Shown: piece after piece, positions 51,978 to 60,709 of the stretch
How positions within the stretch are numbered: position 1 is the first letter of the stretch
Layout: each line of letters begins with the position of its first letter
DNA from: Spirochaetia bacterium
Lineage (GTDB): Bacteria > Spirochaetota > Spirochaetia > CADAEX01
Direction of reading: 5' to 3'
Assembly (NCBI GenBank): GCA_963662265.2
Contig: CAXXHA010000019.1
Span: forward strand, 14,820-78,819
DNA length: 64,000 nt
The notes under the pieces: generated by a model
Told to the model about the DNA's origin: nothing
What the model saw: only the letters and a program-made list of their open reading frames with translations
The model's database searches: none
Program-made: the position numbers and the translations under genes

Positions 51978-54314
51978 TTATTTCAGATATACAATTGTCT
52001 TTCCGAAACCGCCCTGGTCGGGATGAGCAAAGCTGAATTCCTTTACAGAACTGCAGGAATGAAGATAATCCCATACACCTTTCTGTAGAATTCCTTCACC
52101 CATTCCGTGTATAATAGAAAATTCCCTGAAATTTGTGAGTACAGCAGTATCTATCTGTTGCTGCAGTCTGCCTAAAGCTTCTTCAAGTCTCATTCCCCGG
52201 AGGTCAAGCTCAAAAACCGGTCTTGTATCAATTTTTATGTGTGATGTGATTTTAACATTTTTTTCCTGTTTTTTAGCAGGTATAAGATCTGAAGCTGGTA
52301 CTTCAATTTTCATTGAACCGGTCGATACAATAAACTTGTCTTTTTTTGTTTTTCTGACAACTACTGCATTTATTCTTCTTTCACCGACAAGTACATTCAT
52401 ACCCTCAGCTATTTCCCTGCCTGTATCTGCTTCAGAAACTAAATCCTCATCCTTTTCAATCTCCTCGCTGAGAGAATCATTTTTCTCTTCAATTTCAGAT
52501 ATTAATTCCTTTGATTGAGCAATTTTTTCTTTTGTAAGTTCCCCTTCCCTGATTTCCCGCACAAGGTTTTCAATCTTTTTCCTTGATTCCTTAAGAAATT
52601 TTGTTGTTTCCCTCTGCTCTTCCTGCTTAAGTTCATGCTGTCTCTGTCTTATAGTGAGTTCCCTGAGAAGGATTTTTCTTTCTCCCTCTTTAATTTCATT
52701 TTCTCTTGTTTCAAGCTCAGCTGTCTTTTCCTCAATTTTCTGCTGCTGTTCAGATATTGTCTTTAAAAGTCGGTTAAGGTTTACTTTTTCACTTCCCATG
52801 TTTTCCCTGGCAAGATCAATAACATAATCAGGGATACCGTTTTTAAGCGCAATATCTATACCGTAGCTTTCTCCGGGAAGACCGTATATTATTCTGTATT
52901 CCGGCCTGTATGTTTCAGGGTCATAGGCTACTGAAACGTTTTCACAGTGGGGTTCTGCAGATGCATAGTTTTTAATAACACCCTGATGTGTCGATACCAT
53001 GAGAAGGGAATCCCTTCTTATTATTGTCTCAATAAATGCTATGGAAAGAGATGCTCCCTCTTCAGGGTCTGTACCGGTCCCTGGTTCATCAAGAAGAACA
53101 AGGGATTTGTCAGTTGATTTTTCAATTATTGCGGAAACATTTTTCATGTGGGCTGAAAAAGTTGAAAGAGATCCAGTCACAGACTGCTCATCGCCGATAT
53201 CAGCCAGTACATTGTCGAAAAGAGAAATTGATGAGCCTTCATCGGCAGGAATTCCCATCCAGAACTGGTTCATCAGCACAAGAAGACCTGCTGTTTTAAG
53301 TGCAAGTGTCTTGCCGCCAGTATTAGGGCCGCTTATGATGAGGGCCTTTGTTTCACCCTGAATAACAATATCAACCGGCACGGCGCTCTTTCCCAGCAGA
53401 AAATGCCGCCCTTTTTTAATATTCATACCTGATTCAGTAATATCAGGGATAACATGACTGTTGAAGAATGCAAATCTGGCCCTTGCTATATAGCTGTCTG
53501 CCAGAGATATCTTTCTGCAGATATCAGATATTGATTCAATATTGTCACGCAGAAGCTCAGAAAGCTCTCTGAGTATCTTGAATATTTCAATTTTATACTG
53601 CTCTTCAAGTTCTATAAGCTCATTATTGTGTTCTACAAGATCCATCGGCTCAATAAAGAAAGTCAGACCTTTGGAAGATTTGCCGTGAACAATACCCTTT
53701 ATTTTTCCCTTGAAATTACCTTTGACAGGAAGAACAACTCTTCCGTCTTTGAGTGCGGATGAGGAGTCCTGCAGGTACGGGCTGTAGTCATTTCCTGTAA
53801 CATAGGAATTTACAGTGCTGTTTATTGTCCTGTTGACACTGCCGATCCGTTTCTTGATTGATACAAGCTCTTTTATTGAATCCTCTTTCAGAGTCCCGTC
53901 AGGGCGGAGGTATTTTTTTAGCCTGTTTTCAACTGGGGAAAGATCATTGAAAGATACAGTATTGAGGATTTCTTCGTTATCAATTGCAGAAAAAAAAGTC
54001 TTTCTAAGCCTGGAAGCGGAGCTCAGGAATATCATGACTTCTGACAGCTCCTCCTGCTCAAGCACTGTCCCCTCAACAGAAAGAGAGCCGAGAAAAATAT
54101 CAACTTCAGGGAAACTCAGGTCAGGAATTGAAATCCCGTCTTTAATTATTTTCAATACAGAATCAACTGCTGCTGTTCTTGTTTCCCATTCATCTAAATT
54201 GTCAGTAAAATTCTGCCTGTCAATAAGTTTTTCACCGCCTTTCCCCAGGCAGTATGATTTAAGATTTGATTTTATTTTATCAAATTCAAGTAATTCAATT
54301 GTATGATTTTCCAT
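51978..54314 (-). CDS. mutS2: Endonuclease MutS2
   Basis: LEFDKI, FFIEP, ISGPNTGGKT, DIGDEQS, SLSTFSAHM, LLDEPGTGTDP and the Smr domain LDLRG...IIHGMGEG. Confidence 0.95.
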   Translation of the reverse strand: MENHTIELLEFDKIKSNLKSYCLGKGGEKLIDRQNFTDNLDEWETRTAAVDSVLKIIKDGISIPDLSFPEVDIFLGSLSVEGTVLEQEELSEVMIFLSSASRLRKTFFSAIDNEEILNTVSFNDLSPVENRLKKYLRPDGTLKEDSIKELVSIKKRIGSVNRTINSTVNSYVTGNDYSPYLQDSSSALKDGRVVLPVKGNFKGKIKGIVHGKSSKGLTFFIEPMDLVEHNNELIELEEQYKIEIFKILRELSELLRDNIESISDICRKISLADSYIARARFAFFNSHVIPDITESGMNIKKGRHFLLGKSAVPVDIVIQGETKALIISGPNTGGKTLALKTAGLLVLMNQFWMGIPADEGSSISLFDNVLADIGDEQSVTGSLSTFSAHMKNVSAIIEKSTDKSLVLLDEPGTGTDPEEGASLSIAFIETIIRRDSLLMVSTHQGVIKNYASAEPHCENVSVAYDPETYRPEYRIIYGLPGESYGIDIALKNGIPDYVIDLARENMGSEKVNLNRLLKTISEQQQKIEEKTAELETRENEIKEGERKILLRELTIRQRQHELKQEEQRETTKFLKESRKKIENLVREIREGELTKEKIAQSKELISEIEEKNDSLSEEIEKDEDLVSEADTGREIAEGMNVLVGERRINAVVVRKTKKDKFIVSTGSMKIEVPASDLIPAKKQEKNVKITSHIKIDTRPVFELDLRGMRLEEALGRLQQQIDTAVLTNFREFSIIHGMGEGILQKGVWDYLHSCSSVKEFSFAHPDQGGFGKTIVYLK

Positions 54315-55230
54315 ATACCTCATCCGACATATCTGTCAGTTCAAAATAAAGATTCAGATAGGACTGATATCTGTCTGGGTGAATCAGATTGTTTTCAAGA
54401 GCTTCGAGAACTGCGCATTCAGGTTCATTTACATGGGTGCATCCGGAATATGAGCATTTGCTTAAATAAGGTATGAATTCAGGAAACCGGAATGAAAGCT
54501 CATAAGGCTTTATTTTCTCAATAAATATTTCCCGTATTCCCGGTGTGTCTATTATTCCGCCTGAATTTTCATGATCAGGAAGAAGAACGGAAAAATTTGT
54601 TGTATGTCTTCCCCTGTTGTATTTTGATGAAATATTTCCGGTTTTCTGACCGGCTTCGGGGTAGAGACTGTTTATGAGTGTTGATTTCCCGACACCTGAC
54701 TGACCGATGAAAGCTGAAATTTTACCTGAAAGTAGTTCCCTTATTTCATCTACACCTTCCCCTGTTTTTGCAGAGCAGTAGACTGTATTTATGCCTGTTT
54801 CCCTGTAAACCTCCAGGCGCTCTTTCATAGCACTGTTTATTTTCTGATCATTCTTGTTGATTATTAATATTTTCTCCACATCATAATTGCAGTTTATAAA
54901 AACCCTGTCTGTGAAACGGGGTCTGAAAGGGGGATGTTTAGGGCAGGTTATGCTTACAAGCGTATCAATGTTTGCTGCCATAATCTGGGGCAGCATCCTT
55001 TTCCTGTTCCACCTTGTCACAATGTTTTTTCTTTTTATGAGAGCAGTAATTACTCCCTGATCTTCCGAGTGTATATCACCTTCAAATTCAACAAGGTCGC
55101 CTGCTGCAATCGGGTTATAGAATTTTTCATCATTCTTCAACACCTTGCCCTTGATTCTGCAGAGATACTTGCGGTCTTCTGTTTCAACAGTATATATGTT
55201 GTTTATTCCTGAAAGAACTCGTCCTGTCAT
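54295..55230 (-). CDS. rsgA: Ribosome small-subunit GTPase RsgA
   Basis: AANID, NKND, GQSGVGKSTL, GRHTT, DTPG and the zinc motif CSYSGCTHVNEPEC. Confidence 0.96.
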   Translation of the reverse strand: MTGRVLSGINNIYTVETEDRKYLCRIKGKVLKNDEKFYNPIAAGDLVEFEGDIHSEDQGVITALIKRKNIVTRWNRKRMLPQIMAANIDTLVSITCPKHPPFRPRFTDRVFINCNYDVEKILIINKNDQKINSAMKERLEVYRETGINTVYCSAKTGEGVDEIRELLSGKISAFIGQSGVGKSTLINSLYPEAGQKTGNISSKYNRGRHTTNFSVLLPDHENSGGIIDTPGIREIFIEKIKPYELSFRFPEFIPYLSKCSYSGCTHVNEPECAVLEALENNLIHPDRYQSYLNLYFELTDMSDEVYGKSYN

Positions 55231-55232
55231 AC

Positions 55233-56021
55233 TTATAATATTCCTGAAAATTTCAAGTTGAAATATTCGGCAAACTCCCTGTAGTTTTCTGTTTCCTTGT
55301 TATCAGATGTTACAAACAGTGAATTTTCACAGTTTATATCATCGCGGTTTTCCGCTGATTCAAGGATTCTCAAAGCCTGGTTAGACACCCCTTCCCTGGA
55401 ATCCACAATTTCGACTGTATCGGGAACAATCATTCTAAAATACTTTTCAAGATAGAGAAAATGTGTGCATCCCAGGATTATACTGTCTGTCCTGTTTTCA
55501 AGGAAATAATCAACAGCAGGCCTGATTGCACTGATGATTTCATCTTCATCAGCGCTGAAAAACTGCTTTTCAACGAAAGATACAATATCCGGATCTGCAA
55601 AACTGAAAACTTCACAGTTTTTTGCAAACAGATCTATAAGATTTGCTGTGTAGCTGTCAGATACTGTCCTGTTAGTTGCAAAAAGTCCAATTCTTCCTTT
55701 TTCAGAAATAACAGCTGCAGGTTTTATTGCAGGTACAACACCTATAAACGGTATTTCGTATTTTTTTCTCAGTGCATCAAGCGCTGTTACCGAAGCAGTA
55801 TTGCATGCAATTACAATAACGGATGGATTCTCCTTTCTGATGAAATCACCAATAACGTCTGTAACAATAGATACAAGTTCTTCTTCTGTTTTTATACCGT
55901 AGGGAAAATTCCTGCTGTCTGCAAGATATTTATAGCAGTATCCAGGAGACTTTTCCCTCATGTAGGAAAGATATGGAAGTCCCCCGATACCTGAATCAAA
56001 AAAGCCGATTATTTTACTCAT
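55233..56021 (-). CDS. murI: Glutamate racemase
   Basis: FDSGIGG, PYG, IACNTAS, GVVPAIKPA and LGCTHF. Confidence 0.96.
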   Translation of the reverse strand: MSKIIGFFDSGIGGLPYLSYMREKSPGYCYKYLADSRNFPYGIKTEEELVSIVTDVIGDFIRKENPSVIVIACNTASVTALDALRKKYEIPFIGVVPAIKPAAVISEKGRIGLFATNRTVSDSYTANLIDLFAKNCEVFSFADPDIVSFVEKQFFSADEDEIISAIRPAVDYFLENRTDSIILGCTHFLYLEKYFRMIVPDTVEIVDSREGVSNQALRILESAENRDDINCENSLFVTSDNKETENYREFAEYFNLKFSGIL

Positions 56022-56304
56022 TATCGAAAAGTTTCAGAAAATCTGATTTTGCCTCATTTATTTCTTTTTTGAAATCACCGTTTGACTGTGAATCAATTTT
56101 ACTGCTGTAACGGAAGTAATCGCAAAAATTACTCCTGTCCTTATCTCTGACCTCTTCGCTTATGTTTTCCCTGCACTGCCAGTGGGCATTTTTATCATAA
56201 AATTCGCAGTTTAAACAGATTTTCAGGTCTTTACCGCATACCGGACACTCAGTATTTCTGAAAATACTTATGTCACCCGGATTTACTCCGCAATTATAAC
56301 ACAT
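56014..56304 (-). CDS. Small 8-Cys metal-binding protein
   Basis: CYNC, CPVC, CLNC plus two more Cys (QC, NFCDYF). Overlaps the murI start. Confidence 0.8.
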   Translation of the reverse strand: MCYNCGVNPGDISIFRNTECPVCGKDLKICLNCEFYDKNAHWQCRENISEEVRDKDRSNFCDYFRYSSKIDSQSNGDFKKEINEAKSDFLKLFDNE

Positions 56305-56381
56305 ACTAATATTTTAGCCTGATAAACGTTATACTTCAATTACCCTGTTGTAAATACTGATTTTTTGTATATAATTTGTAT
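56305..56381. promoter_or_regulatory. Back-to-back sigma70 promoters, each placing +1 at or near a start codon (leaderless)
   Basis: Minus: TTGAAG (56339-56334), 17 bp, TAAAAT (56316-56311), 6 nt, ATG 56304. Plus: TTGTAA (56348-56353), 16 bp, TATAAT (56370-56375), 6 nt, ATG 56382. Confidence 0.7.
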
Positions 56382-56993
56382 ATGTTTTCATCGGTTAAAT
56401 GCATAAAAGAGGGCTGTAACTCGCTTGCAGTATCAGAATCTGAATACTGCTTCAGTCATCTTGAAGATAAAAATGATTATACAGACAGAATAATTGATTA
56501 TATTGAAAGTAATCAGAAAATAATAAATCTGAATATTTCAGGTATAAAACTTAAAGACCTCAAGATAAAGGGAAAAAAATTCTTTTCCTGTAAATTTTCA
56601 GATGCTTCTTTTGATAATGTACTGTTTGATGACTGTTACATCAGGCAGTCTTTTTTCGATATGTCAAATTTCAGAAATTGCAGGTTCACAGACACAAACA
56701 TGAAATTTGTAAGCTTTGCCGGTTCTGTAATGAAAGAATGCAGGATTGAAATGTCAGATTTGCTTCATACGAATTTCAATGGAATAAAATCAGACAAGAC
56801 AGTTTTCGAGGAATCTGATCTCTATTTTTCAAGTTTTATTAAAGCAGACTGCCGAGATACTCTCTATGATGACTGCAACCTGAGAAAGGTGAAATTCTTT
56901 TTTACCGATATATCAGGAATTAAATTCAAGAACTCGAATCATGAAGATGCATACTACGACAGGAAAGACAGGATATCACTGGATAAAATATGA
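56382..56993 (+). CDS. Pentapeptide-repeat protein with N-terminal C-x4-C-x10-C-x2-H motif
   Basis: CKFSD ASFDN VLFDD CYIRQ SFFDM SNFRN CRFTD repeats; N-terminal CIKEGC...YCFSH. Confidence 0.88.
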   Translation: MFSSVKCIKEGCNSLAVSESEYCFSHLEDKNDYTDRIIDYIESNQKIINLNISGIKLKDLKIKGKKFFSCKFSDASFDNVLFDDCYIRQSFFDMSNFRNCRFTDTNMKFVSFAGSVMKECRIEMSDLLHTNFNGIKSDKTVFEESDLYFSSFIKADCRDTLYDDCNLRKVKFFFTDISGIKFKNSNHEDAYYDRKDRISLDKI

Positions 56994-57558
56994 AAGTTTT
57001 TTTACAATATATAATACTGAAGGATACATTAATACATATCTGATAGGCCCTGAAGAGGGGGGAGACGCAATTATAATTGACCCGGGTCAGACTGACCTTC
57101 ACCTGCTAGAGCTTATTGAAGGAAACAATTATTATCTGAAATCAATATTTGTTACACATTCTCATGAAACTCATATAAAGGGAATTAAAACTCTTCTTAA
57201 AATATATGATGCTGATATATACAGTAAAGTACCTCTAATAGGAGATACAGAGACAAAAACTCTCAAAGACAGGGATATAGTCTCGTTATCCGGTTATGAT
57301 ATCGAGGTAATAGATATTCCCGGGCATTCAGATGATTCCCTTGTATTTAAAATAAGAAATCTTCTTTTCACAGGAGATGTTCTGTCGGCTGGTCTTATAG
57401 GTTCTACGACCAACAGTGAATCCAAAAAAATTCTGCAGAAAGGGATAATAAGGAAGCTGTTTTCAATAAGAGATGATATGGTTATCTTCCCCGGACACGG
57501 AGCACCTACTACACTCGAAGTTGAAAAGATGATGAATCCGTATCTGAATCTGTCATAG
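56990..57558 (+). CDS. MBL-fold metallo-hydrolase (GloB-like); the likely start ATG 56990 is out of frame by one missing T
   Basis: IDPG, THSHETH, PGHS, FTGD and PGHG. ATGA coupling with the upstream stop. A T8 instead of T7 at 56997-57003 restores MKVFFTIYNTEG. Confidence 0.85.
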
Positions 57559-57669
57559 TTAAGTAATTTTATTTAAATAATTTTGTATTCACATCATCTC
57601 AATTGCAGGGAAATAATTACTGATATGGTGGAAAAAGAAACATTAATCTTATAAAGTTGAATTTTTGTA

Positions 57670-58575
57670 TCAGATTTCACCGATAAGTGTCTTGAACCTT
57701 TCCGGAAGAGTTGCAGAGAACTGCATTCGTCCCTTACCCGGAATGTCAATCGCAAGTATAAAGGCATGAAGCATTAATGTAGCTTCGGGGTATTTATTGT
57801 CTTTCCTGCTGTAGACAGGATCTCCGAGCACCGGGCAGCCGAGATGCGACATATGAACTCTTATCTGGTGAGTTCTTCCTGTGTGTAGTTTAATAAGGCA
57901 CAGGCTGAAATGTTCATACTCCTTAAGCACCTTATACTCTGTAACTGCATGTTTGCCCTCTTTTTCATCTGCTGTGAATTTTTTACGGTTTATCCTGTCT
58001 CTTTTAATAAATGTTTCTATTGTCCCCTCTTTATCCTTCAGCATTCCCTTTACTACTGCAAGATATTTTTTATCAGCACTTCTTTCCCTGAACTGTTTTG
58101 AGAGGAACTCGTGTGATTCCACATTTTTCGCAATTATCATGACTCCAGAAGTTTCCTTGTCCAGCCGGTGTACAATACCGGGTCTCACAACATCACTTTT
58201 AAAGTTACTCTGATGGTTTTTAAGGTAATACAGAAGTCCGTTGACAAGTGTTCCTGAATAATTGCCCTCGGCTGGGTGAACAACCATACCCTGCGGTTTG
58301 TTGACAACTATAACATTTTCATCTTCATAGATTATATCAAGATCAATTTTCTCCGGCAGTATATCCTGCTCTTCCGGATCTGAAAATTCTATAGTTATTT
58401 TCTCATCAAGATTTATCCTGTGTGAATACTTGACTTCACTGCCGTTAACATAGAATACAGCATCTCTCTGCTTAAGCTGGCTTCTGGACATAATTTCCCT
58501 GTAATCAGATATATACTTGTCAATCCTCAGCCCGCAGAGATCTTCTTCAGTAACTGTTATTTCTTCAGTATTCAT
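57670..58575 (-). CDS. rluD: RluA/RluD-family pseudouridine synthase
   Basis: S4-like RIDKY, NKPQGMVVHP, RPGIVHRLDKETSG and TGRTHQIRVH. Confidence 0.93.
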   Translation of the reverse strand: MNTEEITVTEEDLCGLRIDKYISDYREIMSRSQLKQRDAVFYVNGSEVKYSHRINLDEKITIEFSDPEEQDILPEKIDLDIIYEDENVIVVNKPQGMVVHPAEGNYSGTLVNGLLYYLKNHQSNFKSDVVRPGIVHRLDKETSGVMIIAKNVESHEFLSKQFRERSADKKYLAVVKGMLKDKEGTIETFIKRDRINRKKFTADEKEGKHAVTEYKVLKEYEHFSLCLIKLHTGRTHQIRVHMSHLGCPVLGDPVYSRKDNKYPEATLMLHAFILAIDIPGKGRMQFSATLPERFKTLIGEI

Positions 58576-58644
58576 TTATTATTTACCCGGTTTTAATTCT
58601 GATAGTTTGAATTGATGATGTTTTTCATTGCTGTTTTCATGATA

Positions 58645-59058
58645 TTAATCAGTTTCCGCTTTTTTCAAATTCCTGGCCTTTTTTTCTTTTGCTTCACCTA
58701 TAAGATAGTCTGTAAGCGCAAAAGCTGCAGATACAAAAAGAGCTGTTACAAGTATCTGCTTTGTTTCATCGTTTGTAGGAGCTTCCTGTTTTGCACCGCC
58801 GAAAATTGCAGGAGCTTTTGATCTTGAAAAACCGCTTCCCGCGTAATCTGCAAAATCATAGCCGAGCTTGGTAAAAAGCAGTGAAAAAGGATAACTTCCC
58901 GCAAATATGATTTCAGCCCTTCTGAGTTTTTTCCAGCCGTCTGAAAATTCATCTTCGCTGTATTGCTCAGGAACCAGGTCTGCATATTCATCATCGCTGC
59001 AGAAGATGCTGGAGGTGAATGAAAATAATAAAAAAACAATAATGATGTTTTTTTTCAT
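58645..59058 (-). CDS. Hypothetical membrane protein
   Basis: Signal peptide, LRRAEIIFAGSYPF and a C-terminal hydrophobic helix; in an operon with yggS. Confidence 0.75.
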   Translation of the reverse strand: MKKNIIIVFLLFSFTSSIFCSDDEYADLVPEQYSEDEFSDGWKKLRRAEIIFAGSYPFSLLFTKLGYDFADYAGSGFSRSKAPAIFGGAKQEAPTNDETKQILVTALFVSAAFALTDYLIGEAKEKKARNLKKAETD

Positions 59059-59061
59059 AAA

Positions 59062-59757
59062 TCAGTAGTTTCTTGATCCGAATAATCTTGTACCGATTCT
59101 TATGATAGTCGAACCCTCATTGATTGCCAGTCTGAAATCAGATGACATTCCCATGGAAAGAGTATCAACTGCAAGATCAGGATGCCTTGAATCCAGTCCC
59201 CTGTAAAGACTGTAAAGTTTTTTGAAAGATGCAGAGACTGCTTTTTCATCATCTGTAAACGGGGCGATTGTCATGAGACCCCGTATTTTTACAAAGTCCA
59301 GTTCACGTATTTTATCAACTGTTTCGTAAAAATCCTTTTCATCGAGAAAACCGCTCTTTGATGATTCATCAGAAGTATTATATTCAAGAAGAATATTCAT
59401 TACCTTTCCGTTTTCCATGCAGTGTTTATTTATTTCGCCGGCTGTTGAGTATTTATCAATAGAATCAATGGAATCAGCATATAACGCAGCTTTTTTTGCC
59501 TTGTTTCTCTGAAGATGCCCGATAAGATGTACTTCAACACCTTCTCTTTTTGCAGAGAATTTATCTTCAAGTTCGTTTACCCGGTTTTCCCCAAAAAGCA
59601 TCATGCCTGCGCTGTAGGCTGTGTCCACATATTCTACCGGTTTTGTCTTTGTAACTGCCATTAGTCTTACAGTTGAAGGATCCCTGCCTGCCTTTACAGC
59701 TGCTTCAGATATTTCCTCCAGTACTTCTTCTATGTTAAGTTTTATATCGATTGACAT
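59062..59757 (-). CDS. yggS: PLP homeostasis protein YggS/PROSC
   Basis: AVTKT, FGENR, HLIGHLQRNK, GLMTIAP, LSMGMSSDF and IRIGTRLFG. Confidence 0.96.
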   Translation of the reverse strand: MSIDIKLNIEEVLEEISEAAVKAGRDPSTVRLMAVTKTKPVEYVDTAYSAGMMLFGENRVNELEDKFSAKREGVEVHLIGHLQRNKAKKAALYADSIDSIDKYSTAGEINKHCMENGKVMNILLEYNTSDESSKSGFLDEKDFYETVDKIRELDFVKIRGLMTIAPFTDDEKAVSASFKKLYSLYRGLDSRHPDLAVDTLSMGMSSDFRLAINEGSTIIRIGTRLFGSRNY

Positions 59758-59811
59758 TTAAAATCTCCTGACTTGATATTATCATAAAGCAGATAATTTG
59801 GGCAGTAATAA

Positions 59812-60555
59812 CTAAATTTTAACAGCTGTCCGGCCTGTATAATCAGACCTGTTGAGCAGAAGCCGGCCATTTTTTCTGAAAAATTCATCAACAGCTTTTC
59901 TGGAGCCTGTGAAATGTCCGTAATCATCAATTATCAGCACCCCTTTTTCAGAAAGAAGAGGATAAAGATGTTCCAGTTCTGCTTTAGTTGAATCATACCA
60001 GTCTGTATCAAGACGGAGCAATGAAAGAGATTCAGGTTTTACATTTTCAAGAGTTTCTCTCACATCACCTGCAACATATACCAGATTATCCTTATCATAT
60101 CCTGTAGATGACATGTTGCTTTTTACTTCTTCAAGAGATGAAGCCCACATATAGCTACCGTCATCTTCCCTGCTTTTTTCCCATCTCCTGTAAATATTTT
60201 CACCGCTTGATGCGATACAGTCGTTATCTGAAGGCTCTGTCATACCGCTGAAAGTGTCATAAAGAAATATTTTCCTGTTATTAATGCCGAAATGCATGAG
60301 TGAAAATGCTGCTATCATGCAGCTTCCACCTTTCCATACGCCGCATTCAGCAAAATCTCCGTTAATTTCATTATCTTTTATATATTCAATTGATTTAAAA
60401 ATTGAATATCCTCTTTCAATGGAAATCATTGTGTATGGAGATGATTTTTTCCAGATCTCAAGATATTCCTTCTCCATGTCAATTATATATTGAGAAGGAT
60501 GAGTTACGCCGTAACCCAGAGACAATAAATAATCTGATGCTTCTTTTTCAGTCAT
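59812..60555 (-). CDS. TylF/MycF/NovP-family O-methyltransferase
   Basis: GDFAECGVWKGGS, YDTFSGM, LRLDTDWYDST and IIDDYG. Confidence 0.92.
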   Translation of the reverse strand: MTEKEASDYLLSLGYGVTHPSQYIIDMEKEYLEIWKKSSPYTMISIERGYSIFKSIEYIKDNEINGDFAECGVWKGGSCMIAAFSLMHFGINNRKIFLYDTFSGMTEPSDNDCIASSGENIYRRWEKSREDDGSYMWASSLEEVKSNMSSTGYDKDNLVYVAGDVRETLENVKPESLSLLRLDTDWYDSTKAELEHLYPLLSEKGVLIIDDYGHFTGSRKAVDEFFRKNGRLLLNRSDYTGRTAVKI

Positions 60556-60709
60556 AATACTCTTCTTGATTTAACAATAATAATTTTTATAATTTTATCA
60601 TATATAAGTGATATTTGTTTAAATGTATAAAAAATATATTAGTAAACTTTTTATAAAAAATATATTATTTGAACTTGTTTCAATAAAATATTGAATAACA
60701 GAATTAAAA

